Below are positions 63,692 to 64,000 of a stretch of 64,000 bases of DNA, piece after piece. Origin of the DNA: a virus (taxonomy: Duplodnaviria > Caudoviricetes). Within the stretch, counting starts at the first letter, position 1; every line of letters starts with the position of its first letter. A program made the translations under genes and the position numbers. The notes under the pieces are model-generated. The model did no database searches. It was not told the origin of the DNA and worked only from the letters and a program-made list of their open reading frames with translations. The DNA lies in the IMG/VR virus record IMGVR_UViG_2617270876_000003, positions 32,001 to 96,000 of that record; one strand, given 5' to 3'.

Positions 63692-64000
63692 ATGACAACT
63701 GTGAGGCAGGACGCATGGAGTCAATCAGACGACGATACATTGGCCGAGACAGTGATTAGCCACATAAGTAATGGTAGAACCCAGTTGGAAGCCTTTGATC
63801 AGGTAGCAAGTCAATTAAATCGCACTCAAGCTGCTTGTGGCTTTCGCTGGAATAGCGCTTTGCGGAAAAATTACACAGTAGAGATTCAACAGGCCAAAGA
63901 GCAGAGACTAAATTCTAAGCCAAACAATCGGCAAACAAAGAGGATAGACAAGTCGGAAATTAACATTGACAATGTTATCGATTTCTTAGTATCAATTAAA
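63692..64000 (+). CDS. rsfA: RsfA-family transcriptional regulator, runs off right edge
   Basis: Not in ORF track. MTTVRQDAWSQSDDDTLAETVISHISNGRTQLEAFDQVASQLNRTQAACGFRWNSALRK. Confidence 0.88.
   Translation, partial: MTTVRQDAWSQSDDDTLAETVISHISNGRTQLEAFDQVASQLNRTQAACGFRWNSALRKNYTVEIQQAKEQRLNSKPNNRQTKRIDKSEINIDNVIDFLVSIK

Larger units (their letters stand above)
1..64000 (-). mobile_element. Early/replication region of an SPbeta-like large temperate phage or prophage (ends not in window)
   Basis: Dense co-oriented small ORFs; gene order DGQHR protein, recombinase-fold repressor, SSB-like pair, AAA annealase, ligase, Zn protein, helicase, primase, DHH exonuclease matches the SPbeta yopQ-yopR...yorE-yorK layout; no host housekeeping operons seen. 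Confidence 0.85.

Noticed and set aside
1-64000. tRNA or rRNA genes
   Set aside because: No cloverleaf or rRNA-like segment recognised by eye; a tRNAscan run would be needed to exclude them

Overview
AT-rich, almost entirely minus-strand segment of a large SPbeta-like temperate phage or prophage of a spore-forming Bacillales host (UvrX/YolD, RsfA and LytTR sequences look Paenibacillaceae-like; inference). Read on the minus strand (right to left): an orphan MazF under a LexA box, accessory genes, a YopQ-like DGQHR protein and a YopR/MrpR-like repressor, then an agr-like peptide-signalling locus, SSB/Sak4-type recombination genes, about 35 kb of small accessory ORFs (guanylate kinase, 3D protein, Ser/Thr kinase, DprA, SOS-controlled UvrX-YolD, RlmN-like radical SAM, PAPS-reductase-like), and a replication block (ligase, helicase, LAGLIDADG endonuclease, primase, RecJ). 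Two candidate undescribed systems stand out. (1) An agr-like locus with no phosphorelay domains: kinase-less membrane protein, AgrB, an unannotated 41-aa Ser-type AgrD and a receiver-less LytTR, directly behind the lysogeny repressor. (2) More than 30 copies of an 18-bp palindrome (ATRAAA-N6-TTTYAT) at gene boundaries, often containing the stop codon, giving an integron-cassette-like architecture. All calls are by eye from motifs; no database searches were run.
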